A stretch of DNA of 64,000 nucleotides from positions 12,896,001 through 12,960,000 of the forward strand of contig CP075497.1 in NCBI GenBank assembly GCA_021613535.1, given 5' to 3'. Below, piece after piece: positions 40,367-54,036 of the stretch. The position numbers and the translations under genes are program-made. Positions within the stretch are counted from its first letter, which is position 1. The number at the start of each line of letters is the position of its first letter. Source of the stretch: Adineta vaga (Eukaryota > Animalia > Rotifera). Below the pieces are notes generated by a model. That model was not told the DNA's origin and did not search any database. It saw nothing but the letters and a program-made list of their open reading frames with translations.

Positions 40367-42885
40367 TTAAGGTACAAAAATGCGTTTCATTCGTTGTTTA
40401 TGTCGTGATTTTGCTTGAATTTTAGCTGGATTGAACATATTTGAAAATTTTGTGAATCCAGCATACATGATCACAGCATGAATAGGCATTAGAACAATCA
40501 AGAAAACAGCATTCATCATTGCTATGGGTTGTTTACATGCTTCTTCCTATATAACATAACATAGATAATGCATTGTATATTCAAAAACAAAATGACTTAC
40601 GAAATCTTTTGGATACATAACAGCAACTGTAGATTCAGTTGTTCCACTTGATATTGTTGCACCTGTATTTGTTGTAGCTAGAAGAACAAATAATTTAGAA
40701 TCAATGTTAATTTTTCTGAATTATTAAGATTGGATTGTAAATAATAACATAGAGAAATGCTTCTTACCAATTGTTGTTAAAGATCCACTAATTGTAGTTG
40801 TTGAATCAGTTGTAGAAACACTTGTTGTTGTTACAACAATACCAGTTGTTGTTAACTGTTAACAAATATTATATAATCATCATAGAAATAAGCAATGAAA
40901 TAAACTTACAAGAGTATTAATACTTGTAGTTGATGTTGCTCTTGTTGTAACTGTAATAGTTGTAAATGGAGTCGTAGTTGTTGTCGTTGTACTTGAAACT
41001 GCTGGATTCCAAATATTGAATCGCCAATATGTTGAATCAGTAATAGCTGCTGATTCCGCATCTTTTAAATAAGAAAATTCGTTTTCATTTCATTTCTTAT
41101 GAAATAAACTAAAACTTACGACAGAAAACGCTTCCACTAGCAAATCCACTATCCATTGTTACATAATAGACTTTACCAGCTGTCCATGTATAATTTGTAA
41201 CAATAACAATTGTATATCCAGTATAAATTACATTTGAAGCATAACCAGCATCATAACATAAAACGGATGAATTAGTATCTGCATCATGAAAACAAATATT
41301 TGTTCCATTACGACTTGGACGATTCACTGAACTTGATGCTATTTAATTGAAAATTTAAATTTAAAATAAAGATTTAGAAAAACAATCTACCTTCTATGGA
41401 AAATATGGATTGATTTGAGAAAACAGTTCCCACTGGACTTGCTGATCCTTGTACTAATGTTGGACGAATTAAATCTGGTGAATCATAACCAACTAGATAT
41501 GTTATACACCAAGGATCTGATTGTAAACTACTATTGTCAATAGCACCTGCACAAAAACCTTGAGGACCATATTGAGATGCTGTCGGTGTCCATGTTAATA
41601 CCATTGTCCATATATCTAACATCCGGATTTTTTTTTCTACTTATTTTTATTAATAAAGATAAATCACTTACTAGTACTTGGATTTCTAATAGCACTATGT
41701 GTCATTCCAATTGGTGAACTTGTTACTAAATCAACAATAGTTTGTCCTGGACAATATGTTTGTACAATTATAGTTTCATTTAATTGAACACCTTTAAATG
41801 TGTAGAATAAGAAATATTTAGAAAATTTTTCATTATATACTTACCAATTGGAACTCCAATACAAGCTAAAATAAGTATCAAGAATGAATTAATTTAAGAG
41901 GAAAAGAATTTTAAGATATTCTTACCTCTATTTGGACGATCACCAATAATTGAAGGACGGTCTGAACATGCACCAGAAGAAGCTGTATAACCATAGAATA
42001 AAAATTGTATTGGAATAGAACTCATTGGATTCGTATATGAACTATCATAATAATCTTCAATTTGTAAAGCACATGCATAATAAAGATTAGCAGTTGGTAA
42101 AGTAAATGATAATGTACAATTTGATGCAGTTAATACAGTTGAAGAAGGTAAACCACTACAAATACCTCCACATTCATCAACTCGATTATAATTCGTTCCA
42201 GAAGCTGAATTTGACCAACGACATTTTAATATATCCGTTGCATCATTATCTGCCATTTGTACAATATGAACAACTGGTGTATTTATTGCATAGAACACGA
42301 CTGGTAATGTATTTGTAACAGGACTTGTATTGATATAACCATCAGGTCGTAAACCTAAATTTAATCGATTAACAATTGACCATGATTGTCCTCCACCATA
42401 ATAAAGAGCACTCATCCATGCACTCGATTGAAAACCAATTGTAATCGATGTTGTCAAAGGTAATGTTAAAGTATCATAACGTTCACCAGCCCATGATTCG
42501 ATTATTGTATTTGCATCACAATCTGTCGTTGTCATAATAGTTGAAAGACCAGAATAAGAAGAACTTGAACAATTAACTAAACAAGATAGAGTAGAACTAA
42601 CTGGAATTGATGTTTGAGCAGCTACATTTGCTTCCGTACAATACGGTGAACTAAAACCACTCCATTGTCGATTCCAAAAATATCTTTGATGTATAAGAAT
42701 GTCCGCAGTACTACCTGATGGTGTACTATTTAATGGACGCCTAAGAAAATCTAAGAAAATCCACAAGATGAAACTGAAATTGAGTTTACTTACCAGGAAA
42801 TGATACCACCGCGAAAGTGTGCTGCATCAATCGTGTCATATAATATGAAGAAAACTAAGAGGAGAATGCAGAGAATCCGCCCCAT
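40367..42885 (-). CDS. Multi-exon secreted/type I membrane protein (AHFRGG N-terminal motif, Thr-rich stalk, C-terminal TM)
   Basis: ATG at 42885 with signal peptide MGRILCILLLVFFILYDTIDAAHFRGGIISW, Cys-containing ectodomain, Thr-rich exons, TM NAVFLIVLMPIHAVIMYAGF and stop at 40367. Confidence 0.7.
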
Positions 42886-43388
42886 TTGATTTCTATAATG
42901 GAATGAATAGTAATCTGTTTTGTTTGTTGTTCTATCGGTATATATGTATATATATACGTTCGAAAAGTTTCAATAAAAAGTACATTGATTTGTTTATACT
43001 GAAGAAACGATTAAATGCGTGGTAAGAATGAAAAAAGCAAACCATTAACTTCAATGTACTTTTTTTCTCTTATTACGAATAGAAGAAAGTAAATGTAAGA
43101 AACAATGATCTTTTACGGTTCGTTTCAACGGTTTTCTGTCATGAAAAATAAACAAAATTTACGCTTTCAATAATTTTCATTAAGAGGTTTGAACTCATAT
43201 TTTAGAACAAATAATAGTACATTTTGAGATTTTGTCATCTCATGCTTTTCTTTTTATATACTCAAAACGTGAGCACAGTTTTATCTCATCAATATCTCGG
43301 CCGAATTCGAAGGTGAAAATAATTCGTTGGAGATTTACGAAGTTGCAGACCGTAAAAGCTAGCACCACGAAACTTGATACCGTGCTTG

Positions 43389-43431
43389 CGTGAGAGTAAG
43401 ATTGATGTATAAATATGATACCCTCACCCTT
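43389..43431. repeat. Degenerate telomere-like palindromic element
   Basis: CGTGAGAGTAAG ... ATACCCTCACCCTT, with an extra solo arm ACACACCCTCAA at 43501. Confidence 0.5.
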
Positions 43432-43691
43432 TTCGGATATCTGAAATAGATTTTGATCATTCTCTTAACCGAGATGAAATTGCAATTATGGCGGCTGTTA
43501 ACACACCCTCAAAATTTACAATATATTTTTGCTTATATTTATTTCTTAGGTTGCAAAATATTAACGATTCACCGTCAACAATACGACTTAACAACAGAGA
43601 ACCTTGCATATAAGAAAACATGTTCTTTCACTATAACATCGAGTAACAATGTGTCGGCGTTTGTTGCGTGATACATTTATATCGATGGTTC

Positions 43692-44726
43692 TTAATGAGC
43701 TCCAGGAAAATTTCTAACACTACTACGATGTTGTGTCCATCGATTGAGACATCGAGAAATTTCTTCTTTCAGTACTGGCATTGCTAAAATAGCTGTCAAT
43801 GGAGAAAAGAGTGTTGCAATATAAATAAAACAAATTAATATCCAATTTGTACTTAATTCATATGAAACTTGAGTTGGATAAAAAGTATTAATAACCGATG
43901 TAATACTCGATGGCATCCAAGAAATGTATAACATTCCGATTAGAGAAAAAAGTTGTAAAAGCATTTTTCTATTTTTAGTCCAAATACGTCGTCGCATCAT
44001 TCGTTTTTTGAAATAAAGTACTCGTCCAATGAGAAATATATTGGAGAAAATCAGTACAATCAAAGGTGCTATAATAGCAAAGACCCATGAAAATGTTCCT
44101 ATCACTGGATGAGTAAGATAACAAGCTGTACCACATGCCCAAGAATGATAATCAAAATGATTTACACATGGTAAAAAATTGACAACATAGACAACATAGA
44201 TAAATGGCATAATAATAAAAGTAATCATCGGAATATAATGTAAGATAATCTTATGTCTATTTATAAAAATATTATATTTAGATAAATATTTCTTTTCGAC
44301 TTACTTGAAAAGAAATGGATTATGAAATATGAGAAGATAACGTTCAATGGATAAATATGAATTTAATTGTACTGAACTCATGTTTAAAAACGATGTTAAA
44401 ATATACCAATAGGTACAAAATTTATTCGATGGAATAGCAACACTACCTTGATAAAATAAGATGATTGCTAGAGGTAGATCACATGTTCCCTATAAGAAGA
44501 AGAAGAATTTGTATTTGAGAAGAATAAATTGTTTAATGTATTTACTTGAATGAAATAAATAAGAAAAATACAGATGAAAAAATGATTGTTTTAACGAATT
44601 CGTATTTGTTTTTTACGTAGAAGAAAAGACAGAATAAAGAATTGATGGAAAAATTAACATAACTAAGAAGATAGATGTAAGTTTTCGACTAAGTCCAACG
44701 TTTATTATCGAGGTTACATTGGTCAT
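43692..44726 (-). pseudogene. Class A GPCR, 3 exons, exon 1 disrupted
   Basis: SIERYLLI (DRY) exon and TM4-7 ORF. Exon 1 from ATG 44726 hits TAA and needs a frameshift. Confidence 0.65.
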
Positions 44727-45065
44727 TTTATTGAACGATATTTTATGAATGATTGTCAAAGAATATTTGTTGAGCCTTCTATTTATATTGTAAAAATATA
44801 TGCGTGATTAATTACATTAAAAAACATTTTACTCATAGTCCTAGAAAATTTATAAAAGTAAGTTTTAATCTCCGATGAATCTATTGAGAACGTCATTAAC
44901 TACAATTTTCGATTTAATTAAAAGAAATGTCAAAGAACACGACTAATCATTTTATCTATTTCATTGATCATTGTATGTAATAAGACAATTGTATTGATTA
45001 GAGTTGACAAATCTTTAAAAAAAATGGCATAGCAGATACATTTCCATCCTATGAAACAAAAAGAC

Positions 45066-45103
45066 GGTGTGAGTGTAATGATAAAAGATAAAATACCCAC
45101 ACC
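45066..45103. repeat. Telomere-like palindromic element
   Basis: GGTGTGAGTGT ... ATACCCACACC. Confidence 0.65.
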
Positions 45104-45555
45104 ATTTTCAGAAACTGTTATTTAAAAATGACGAATACATGTTTAAAAAACTCGGTCTTTTATGTACATTTTCAAAGGTTTAGATATGGGACACTGGCAG
45201 CTATAAAATCTCAAAAATATAAAACACAATTTAAAAATAAATCATATTCTAATAATTTTATATTTCTTTTATTTTATCTTTCACCGATAATCGAATCTTT
45301 CGTATTAAGATTAAAAAGATATTTTTCGTTCCACTTGAATAAATCATCATATAATATTGACTAAAAACGAAGAAAAAACACGTATGAGTATAAGAGTATC
45401 TACTAGATTTATTTATTTATGTTGAGAAATTACCTATTTTGTATCAATCGAGAAAAAAAACTTTTTTCGTACAATATAAATATTTCTATCATAATAAATC
45501 ACAAACACACACATTTCAACAATGAAATAATGTCAAGATTTCAATTTTATTTGAT

Positions 45556-45864
45556 ATGTATCAATATAATTTATTAATTGAACGAGGCGAATATGATCAA
45601 CATACATCAAATCAACATCGAGCAATGTCAATATATCAAGATTCTTATCCATCTTTACATATTAAAATTGCTTATACTCTACGTCATATAAATCGTTTTC
45701 TTGATGTTCAAGAAATGTATGATAAATGTTTAGAATTTTATCATCAAACATTAATAAAAGCTAAGAAGTTTTTCCTATTTAATCATTTAGATATTATTTG
45801 TTGTTTAAATAATATTGGTCACGTAAAGGAGAAGACAAGCTCAAATCCCGTCCAAACGAAATAA
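45556..45864 (+). pseudogene. TPR (kinesin-light-chain-like) fragment
   Basis: HIKIAYTLRHI...YDKCLEFYHQTL...NHLDIICCLNNIGHV, isolated. Confidence 0.55.
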
Positions 45865-46010
45865 AGAATTGCTCAAACAGTTCATTTGAATGAGTTGTAC
45901 GATCAGTTCCTTCGAGTGAACTGAACTATAGAAACAGTTGGTTTCAACGATATTTAAAAGGTATTTTCCAATTCATTCATATAAGGATACTTCTATATAA
46001 TAGGACATAA

Positions 46011-46053
46011 TGGGTGAGTGTGGGGGTACTACATCCATGTAACATCCACACCT
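46011..46053. repeat. Telomere-like palindromic element
   Basis: TGGGTGAGTGTGGGGGT ... ACATCCACACCT. Confidence 0.6.
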
Positions 46054-46219
46054 GTCATCTATCTATTCACATTATGACATTTGAACTACTCTGAAGATTT
46101 TATTGAAGAAAGAAACTAAATGTGGACTTTACATTTATAGATCATTGTCATAAGAATATGGAGAAGACAATAGAACATAGCACACCGATTAGCTATTCAA
46201 ACAATGGAGATGCATCGAT

Positions 46220-46272
46220 AGGGTGGGTGTGGGTATCGATTCTTTAATTCAACCCTCACACTCATACCCTCA
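46220..46272. repeat. Telomere-like palindromic element
   Basis: AGGGTGGGTGTGGGTAT ... AACCCTCACACTCATACCCTCA. Confidence 0.8.
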
Positions 46273-47253
46273 TGATGTTTTCTATTACGACGAAAATGCG
46301 ACGCAGTCGTTAAAAAATAGCCAACATGGAAGAATTATATGGTAGATTTAAAATGCCTTCTCGGTTTTTTCTGCATTCATGTATTGTAATTCAAAGCGTA
46401 TGTCTTACACAAATTGTAGATCAGTTTAATTGTTTGATCAAAATCGTGATCAATATCTTACGTCCTCTATAAATTACAGCAACTCTGCATGAAACTTTGA
46501 AATTAAAATATTTTCCTAATCTCGTCTGGCACTTACATTTTATTAATGCGCGTAAATGAAAAGTAGCTCTACCTTCAATTCTAACACACCGTCTTTAACC
46601 AAATTTATGTCTTAAACTGTTAGTGATTTTATCAACCATATTTTGATACACCTTCATATAGTCCCTCATTTCAGTTTATAATCAAGTGAATTTTTTTTTC
46701 GCTCAATTCAGATTGAAATCAAATAGATCATTGTATGAAATATGTTATCTTTCACGGTTTAATCGATTAAAATAAAATATTTGATCAGATTTTTGGTTTT
46801 TTTACACCGCTTATGTCTATCTCATTGTCACGTGTTTGAAATAATATGGATGAGTGACTCACGTAGATTAACATTACTTGGAAAAAACCAAGTAACTGTA
46901 TTGAATATAAATGCGTAAGATAATTTGTCCCTTTATGTAAAAAAAACAATTTTAATATATTGCAGTGTTATTTTCCGTCGTAAGTATACCTACTTGTCTA
47001 TGTGTATCGATTTTCCTATATCATTCGACCACTACAACCAGAAGTGCTTATATGACGTAACAAAATAAACTCAAATCTGTTATTCGTAAGATCGTTTCCA
47101 CATAGCTTTAAAATGTATATCCCAAGTATTAATTACACTCGTATGTCGCCTATTTTTAATAAAAATCGCTGGTCAACCAGTTTGCACTTTTTTCGTTCCT
47201 TCCCAATTCATTTTTTTAAATAAAATTGGTGTTTTCTATTGATTAATCGTCGA

Positions 47254-47484
47254 GGACAGGATGAATGGAATGGACGGAGATGGAGGAATGGATGGATGGA
47301 GGAATGGAGGAATGGATGGAATGGAATGGAATGGATGGACATGGATGAGGAAAGGAATGGAATGGATGGATGGATGGATGGAGGAATGGATGGAAGGAAT
47401 GGATGGATGGAGCATTTAAATGGACGAAGGAAGGATGGAAGGAAATGGAGGAAGGAATGGATGGAGGAAGTGGATGGAAGGAAT
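47254..47484 (+). repeat. Purine-rich GGAT/GGAAT low-complexity simple repeat
   Basis: Mixed GGAT, GGAAT and GGAG units with almost no C on the + strand. Confidence 0.9.
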
Positions 47485-47899
47485 TGTTCTTTGATCTTTT
47501 CTGTGACAATGAAGAAACTGCTTTTCTTTTGTTTATATAATAGATCAATAGTTACGATAATACGATCTGAGATGAAAAATTAGACGTACATAAAAATGAC
47601 AGTTTTTTTTAATTGTGAAAACGAATGACGACACGAAGGAATGGAAGGATCCGAATCGAATAACATCCCAGGAAAAATAATTCCATCACGGACTTTGGAA
47701 TGAAATTCCTTTTTAAGTGTATAATAATATATTTTTCTTTCTTTCAGAAAATCATCAGCGGATCTCTTTGATTCGTGCTAATTATTTTCTAATCAGTGGT
47801 ATGGCAAGTAGTATAAGATAAAATAATCGTCTCTATTGGATATGTGGACAAACTAAATATATTGACAAAATGGAAACTTGAGCGTGTGCACAACATAAT

Positions 47900-49110
47900 C
47901 GACACAATGCCAAGCATTACCGCCAATTAGGTTCTAAGTCTGAAGTCTATTCAAACAACTTTTCTATACTGAATCTGAAAAAAATATTATTAGAAGTTTA
48001 AGAAAGAAAGAAAAAGTAAAAAATTTCACACATTTCGTAGATACATACCTGTTTTTGAAGAATATGACATTTTCCGACCAGTAGAGAGACTTTGTGATCA
48101 GCAGCTCAAACTCTTTCAGATGATTTTAAAAAAGTAAAATCAATTTCATTTGAATTTCGCTTTGCGAGTAGGTATATGACAGTTCAAACTCGTGAGCTCA
48201 TATGGAACTGTCATATTCGTATTTGCAAGCATTACCGCCAATTAGGTTCCTAAGTCTGAAGTCTATTCAACAACTTTTCTATATTTAAAGCGTAGATATA
48301 TATTAGCAAGTTTATAAAAGTTCGCTGGTACTGAGCGATGTATCACACCAGTGACAAATCACATCTTTTTCGTCCACATTTTCGTTTCCACTTCCTATTT
48401 CATCATCATCTTGTTCGTCAACAGATTCACTTGAAGGTTCCTCAAAGTAAGTTTCGAAACCAGGCACAATAACAGTACCATACGCTTTGATATTGTACTA
48501 TGTCGTGATCATTTCGTATTCTTTGAACAAATTTTCACTGGTATGGCTGCCTTAGCAGAAACATTTGACAGAAAAGAGTTTTGAATAAGTACATGGATTG
48601 ATATACATATCAGACAGATATTTGAATGCCAACAAATGAGAATGAAACATATTTTGATCTATCAAATGAATGGTGATATGGCATAGAAGCAACGCATTCT
48701 GCGATGAGCCCAAAGATAAAATCATGTGTTACCATTCTTGACAATTCCACTTGTCGTGAATGGTTACTTGAATATTTCGTTCCATCTTGAGGGCTTGGCA
48801 TTGCTGTCTTGCTATCCGGTTGTTGAAATATAATTTTCTCTTCTTTCAAAGCCAATTTGTTCGACCATGCATTATATGCATCCATATGATGGCGTTTAAC
48901 GTGACGTACAAAGTTGAAAGTTGAATCAACAGACTTCTTCACGATACCACTGCATAGGAAGCACATAGTCGACTTGTGCCAAGCAGGTTGATCCAAGCTT
49001 TATCTTTTGTGTTGGAATCTTCCACGGTTGTTGGGCTCACAAGAACGGCAGGATCGTCATCAATTGTAATCGTTGCAGCATCATAAGATTTATCAGGATC
49101 AGAAGCCATT
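47900..49110 (-). mobile_element. Degraded hAT (BED-finger) transposase relic
   Basis: BED finger CFLC...STFNFVRHVKRHH, KYSSNHSRQVEL and HTSENL (~48528-48544). Fragmented by stops. Confidence 0.65.
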
Positions 49111-50049
49111 TTAAATGAAAGAGGAATAGCACCGCTTCTCAGAAATCGTCCGTATCCGTATGCAATATAGCAAGCAAAATTTGTTTGTGTACAGCTCGTC
49201 GTGCTTGCTAACAAATTCCCTCCCTAATCGTACGGCCTGTTTGTTAAGTATGTTAATAATTTAAACGTAAATTTATTCTGTTACAAAAAAAGGCCTCCAG
49301 ATTAGAATACTTAAAGTGTTAAAATAAAGAAAAATTCATTTAGTTTAGTTATTAATAGGATCTTTGCTAAGAAGTAGATGTTGAATAAATAGATACCATG
49401 CCGTTGGCTAGTATGTTGATATAGAAATCAATCGCTTGGTATATCTGTTTGGTCATATTAGTAGATGAATTCTTGCAAATATAGTCCTAAATGGTATTGA
49501 GAAATTTAAAGGAAAATTAAAGAGGATTCGATTTACTCTAATTTGTTCGATATTAAATGGAACTTGAAATGTATCATGATGTAAAGTTTACATTTGAAGA
49601 ACGAGCCATAAGAGTATAACACCTGTACCAATCAAATGAAGAATTTCATTTTGTAAATTTAATGCTAATAAAATAATAGTTCATATTTTCCTTATACTTT
49701 ATATTAATAAAATGCTGTCTTACCGCGTAATTTAAAATCATGTTCGTTTAAATAATACTCAAGATTATGAAAAATAGTATGATCAAGGTGAAACACATCA
49801 CCCAACTCTTTATTTAATAGAAATGATCCATTCCATATTCGAATATTAAGAACATGTAACAAACAAAATAATGAAACTTCGAAGAATTCTTACTTCAGAT
49901 TGAAGTTTTATCAGTTCGCTCATCATTATTGCTGTCGATTGAATATCTTTCAATTATCTGAGAAACGAAATATCAGTTGTTCTTTCTAAATTCAGATGCT
50001 ATAACAATGACAAAGTCTGAACATGACCAGCAAACTGCGATAAAATATT

Positions 50050-50730
50050 TAAAGATATAATACGAATTTGATACAAAGGATCATCTGATTTGCTAGTATA
50101 ATCAATATAAAAAAACAAAGAATTAAATATTATCTATATTCGTTTAAAACTGACCCGATTTAGTTACAGCATTGGCTTGACTTTCAACGTATACAATATG
50201 TTGTTTAATGAAGTCTTTCGTTAATCCCAGATAATATGAATAATATTCTATCTATAGGTAAATCGCTGTCGAACTTTGATGATCAGAATCAATAGTATAT
50301 GAAACTTTGGCACCTGAACGTGCTTCTTCAGCATCAACATGAACTACACCATTCGCATCAATATTCATTCAAACAGCTATTTCAAGTGTTTGAGCAGCAA
50401 AGTTGTTTGTTAAACTATAGGAAAGCTGAACTCTTCCAAAACATCTATAATGAAAGAAGATCATAAAAATCATATTTAAAACTGATTGAAATATGAAGTA
50501 CATGGTATTTTGTCAGAGTATGTTTGCCTTCAAAAATGCGAATGGTAGCTGTTGTTTGATAAGCATATGCATTTGTAAATATTGACCAAAGTTCAGTACG
50601 AACTAGAATAATTGTATTACGACGAATAAGTGTATGCATATGACCACGAATATCTTCAATACCCAATCCAAGTGAACAAACATCGAGAAGTAACAAGTCA
50701 CAGATAGGAGTAATGCATGCTGCATCATTC
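50050..50730 (-). pseudogene. HSP70 substrate-binding-domain fragment
   Basis: LLLLDVCSLGLGIE...LIRRNT...FTNAYAYQTTATIRIFEG, then DANGVVHVDAEE. No ATPase domain and frameshifted. Confidence 0.7.
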
Positions 50731-50929
50731 TTTTTTCTTGTCTATATTTATTTCCACCGAGAATTGGTTTATTCATAGGTACTGATCTGCAATTACTGAC
50801 CTTTTAACTTTGCATGGTCCTAATGCAATCGATGGTCCCATAACAGCCACTACTCATTTGCTGTGTATTTGATACTGCCTCTTCTGCTAATGATATTGTT
50901 CGATATGCTCTTTCTGGCGATAGTTGTCT

Positions 50930-50979
50930 TTAGGGTGTGGATGTGGATGTTATTTTCTCATTAACGCCCTCACCCTCAA
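50930..50979. repeat. Telomere-like palindromic element
   Basis: TTAGGGTGTGGATGTGGATGT ... AACGCCCTCACCCTCAA. Confidence 0.8.
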
Positions 50980-52027
50980 GATGGAAAATACACACTCATT
51001 TTTAAATAATTTTCTTTAAATGACTCATCTCAACAAATATGGACGAAGAGAACTTCTTTGCTGCATCAAAAATTAATAGTAAAGTCATAGTAAACAATGA
51101 TTTTGTCAACATATCATATGTGAAAATTATAACATAGAGAAAAAAAGTCAGACCGTGTTAATTTCATTTTTTTTTATTGTCAATACACGTAAAAAATTGT
51201 TTTTTTTCCAACCTGCCAGTTTAGGAATGAGTCATGATAGTGATTACTTCCGTTAGTCGAGAACTAGTTGTTTCTACATATCTTTTATTCTGTATTTGAT
51301 TTTTTTACATTGAGAACACCTTTTCATCACGATTTGAAGAAATTCGCATCATGCAAAAGCCCACTGGAATGGGTACTAGTACGGCTATACATTACTATCA
51401 TGTCGGTGCTCAAATGTATAATTGGATCAACCAACACAATGGACAGACTTCTAATACTATTCATGGAGGAATGCATCAATTTCGAATGCCATCTAAAGCG
51501 AACAGTGGAACTCGTTTAGTCTATAATGGTTGGGAAATGTTGTTGCCATCACGAATTATGCTTATTGGTTATTAACACTAACATTCAGTTATGCATTATT
51601 TGGCTTTTTTTCGCACAATATGTTTTAAATATTATAATAAGTTGCATAAATTCTTTATTGAAGTTTAAGTTAAAGACAATATTTTTCTTGATTAATTCTC
51701 TTTTATTGACACGTCAAAAGAAAAGAGAAGCTAAACTTTTCAATGCTTTACTGAATCGACCATAAAAACCAATATTTATTGTTATCATGGATAGTAGATT
51801 AACATGTTCTTCAATGATGTTAATAAATTTATACAAATCAGATCATAAAGACATCCTAAGATTGATTGTAAAAGAGAATCAATTATATAACTACTAATTT
51901 AAAATTCAGATATCATCTATACTAAAACTCAATGTTTGAAAATACCAACTAAATTCAGTAAATAAAACAATTCCATTTCCTCGAGTCATTTGTTCATAAT
52001 AAAATCTAACGTTCAACGATAAACTTC

Positions 52028-52157
52028 AGGGTGTGGGTGAGGGTGTTTGTGTTCTTCTAATCCTCACTCACCCACGTTCACATCCTCAACAGGCAGAAAG
52101 AGATAAAGATCAACGAAAATGATTATTAAATGCAATCTCACATACACCCACACCCTA
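52028..52157. repeat. Telomere-like palindromic element plus extra C-rich arm
   Basis: AGGGTGTGGGTGAGGGTG ... TCCTCACTCACCCACGTTCACATCCTCAA, with an extra CACATACACCCACACCCTA at 52139-52157. Confidence 0.8.
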
Positions 52158-52193
52158 CTAATTATAACTGAAAAAGAAGTGTTTCTATGACAT

Positions 52194-53765
52194 TCAACAG
52201 ATGACATGTTTGGTACTATGTTTATCCTTTTTGTGTTTGTGATCTGTTCCATCTTTACTCGACTGAACACTTTTTGTCACTCGTTGACTATGCTGTTTTG
52301 ATCGTCGATGTTGATGGTTGTTGTCTCGAGCTGTATTTAACGCTTCAATTAAATCATGATGTCCATAAGAATCAGATAAACGAATTAACACTAGTCGAAT
52401 ATCCTCAAGTAGAATGGAAGCAATATTACGAGTAAAAGTTTCACGTACAACAATACGACAAACAGTAATATCACTAACATTCTCAGCTAGAGTATAAACA
52501 GGTATAATCCATCCATGCTCGCGCAATCCATGAACAAGAATAGTTTCATTGAATCGGAGATTTTTTTCTGGATTGATAGAAAAGGCAATCATTGGTAACG
52601 AAGGTTGATCGTTTCGACTCCGAATGACGAACAAACCTTCGCTCATTGTTACCAACGAGTCAGCTACAAACTTGGCATTGTCGATGGCCAATCGTGCAAT
52701 TCTTTCGTAACCTTCGAAACCTAAATGAAGAAATTGGTAATATTGTCCGATAACATTCGCAGCAGAACGTGAAAAATTCAGATTGAATGTTGGTTCATCG
52801 ACACCTAAGTAATTCACATGAAAGATTAAGTCTTCAGGAAGATCTTCTTTACAACGCCAAACGATCCAACCTAAACCAGGTAGTACCAATCCGTATTTGT
52901 GACCACTTGTATTAATTGATCGAACTTGTTCCAATCGAAAATCCCATAATACATCGGGAAAAATAAACGGAGCGATCATTGCACCCGAAGCACCATCGAC
53001 ATGAATAGGAATATCAAAACCCTTTTCCTTCTTCAACTTCAACAAAGCATTGTTTAATCGTTCGATATCTTCGAATTCACCTGTTAGAGTCGTACCGAGA
53101 ATTGCTAATATACCACACGTATTTTCATCACATCGAGCAATGGCTTGTTCGATATCGAGCGTATAGCGATTATGTTCGAGAGGAATACTTCGTGGTTCAA
53201 TATCAAAGTATCGACATAGTTTCAAGACGGATACATGAACAGCTGTACTGAATATTAAATTACAACGAGTAGTAATTTCTTCTGGTTTCTTTCCTTCTTT
53301 TATTGCTTGTTTGGCACGCCAACGCCATTTCAATGACAAACCACCTAACATAATGGCTTCACTAGATCCAATTGTCGCTGTACCAACTGCTCCACTCTCT
53401 TCATCATCATCATCATCATCATGCGAAGGTGCATGAAACAAATTTGCTAGTATATTAATACATCGATCTTGAATTTCACTACTGTGTCTATATTGACTAG
53501 TGTCTGCCAAATTCTTATTCAAATTTTCCATCATCAATGCATGACATTCTTTATCAATTTCGGTCGTAACGAATGAAGCTAAATTCAGATCAGGATTACC
53601 ATCAAGTTTCAATTCTGAACGAATAATTGAAGCAGCGGCTTGTTTAGTAACAGATTTCTGAGGCATTTTCAATTTAGGAATTTCATGATCGACTTCGACA
53701 TAGCGATATAGATGGTTAATAGTTGCACTGGCACCCTTACCACGCACATGATTCGATAGAGACAT
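52194..53765 (-). CDS. Glutamate decarboxylase (bacterial/plant/fungal GadA/B type, PLP-dependent), intronless
   Basis: LDGNPDLNLASFVTT, TIGSSEAIMLGGL, IHVDGASG, PLP lysine SGHKYG and FNLNFSR. First ATG at 53765. Confidence 0.93.
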   Translation of the reverse strand: MSLSNHVRGKGASATINHLYRYVEVDHEIPKLKMPQKSVTKQAAASIIRSELKLDGNPDLNLASFVTTEIDKECHALMMENLNKNLADTSQYRHSSEIQDRCINILANLFHAPSHDDDDDDEESGAVGTATIGSSEAIMLGGLSLKWRWRAKQAIKEGKKPEEITTRCNLIFSTAVHVSVLKLCRYFDIEPRSIPLEHNRYTLDIEQAIARCDENTCGILAILGTTLTGEFEDIERLNNALLKLKKEKGFDIPIHVDGASGAMIAPFIFPDVLWDFRLEQVRSINTSGHKYGLVLPGLGWIVWRCKEDLPEDLIFHVNYLGVDEPTFNLNFSRSAANVIGQYYQFLHLGFEGYERIARLAIDNAKFVADSLVTMSEGLFVIRSRNDQPSLPMIAFSINPEKNLRFNETILVHGLREHGWIIPVYTLAENVSDITVCRIVVRETFTRNIASILLEDIRLVLIRLSDSYGHHDLIEALNTARDNNHQHRRSKQHSQRVTKSVQSSKDGTDHKHKKDKHSTKHVIC

Positions 53766-54036
53766 GATAGTATTGAGAAAAATTACCACTACAATCGTAT
53801 TGTTAGTTTGATAAATGAAGGTAAAAAGATAAAGTTGACAAGGTACGAAATTAAGAAAGAAAGCAAGGGAGAAGAAAAACAAAGTATGGATGAATCTATC
53901 ACTCTTACAACTGCACATTCACCGCATGTCAAACACAGAACGAATAAAAGTACATCTTCATATGGATAATCGATCAAAGGTTAATTTTTCTTTCTTGTCA
54001 CATGGTCCGATCATAACGTAAATATTAATATACATG

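Noticed and set aside
43294-43475. Possible MITE bounded by ATCTCGG/CCGAGAT
   Set aside because: Only a 7-bp inverted repeat, with no TSD or second copy.
47239-47583. Trp/Met/Gly-rich and His/Pro/Ser-rich ORFs
   Set aside because: Translations of the GGAT/GGAAT simple repeat.
53766-53918. N-terminal extension of the GAD ORF
   Set aside because: It starts at a non-ATG codon. Homology and the first ATG begin at 53765.
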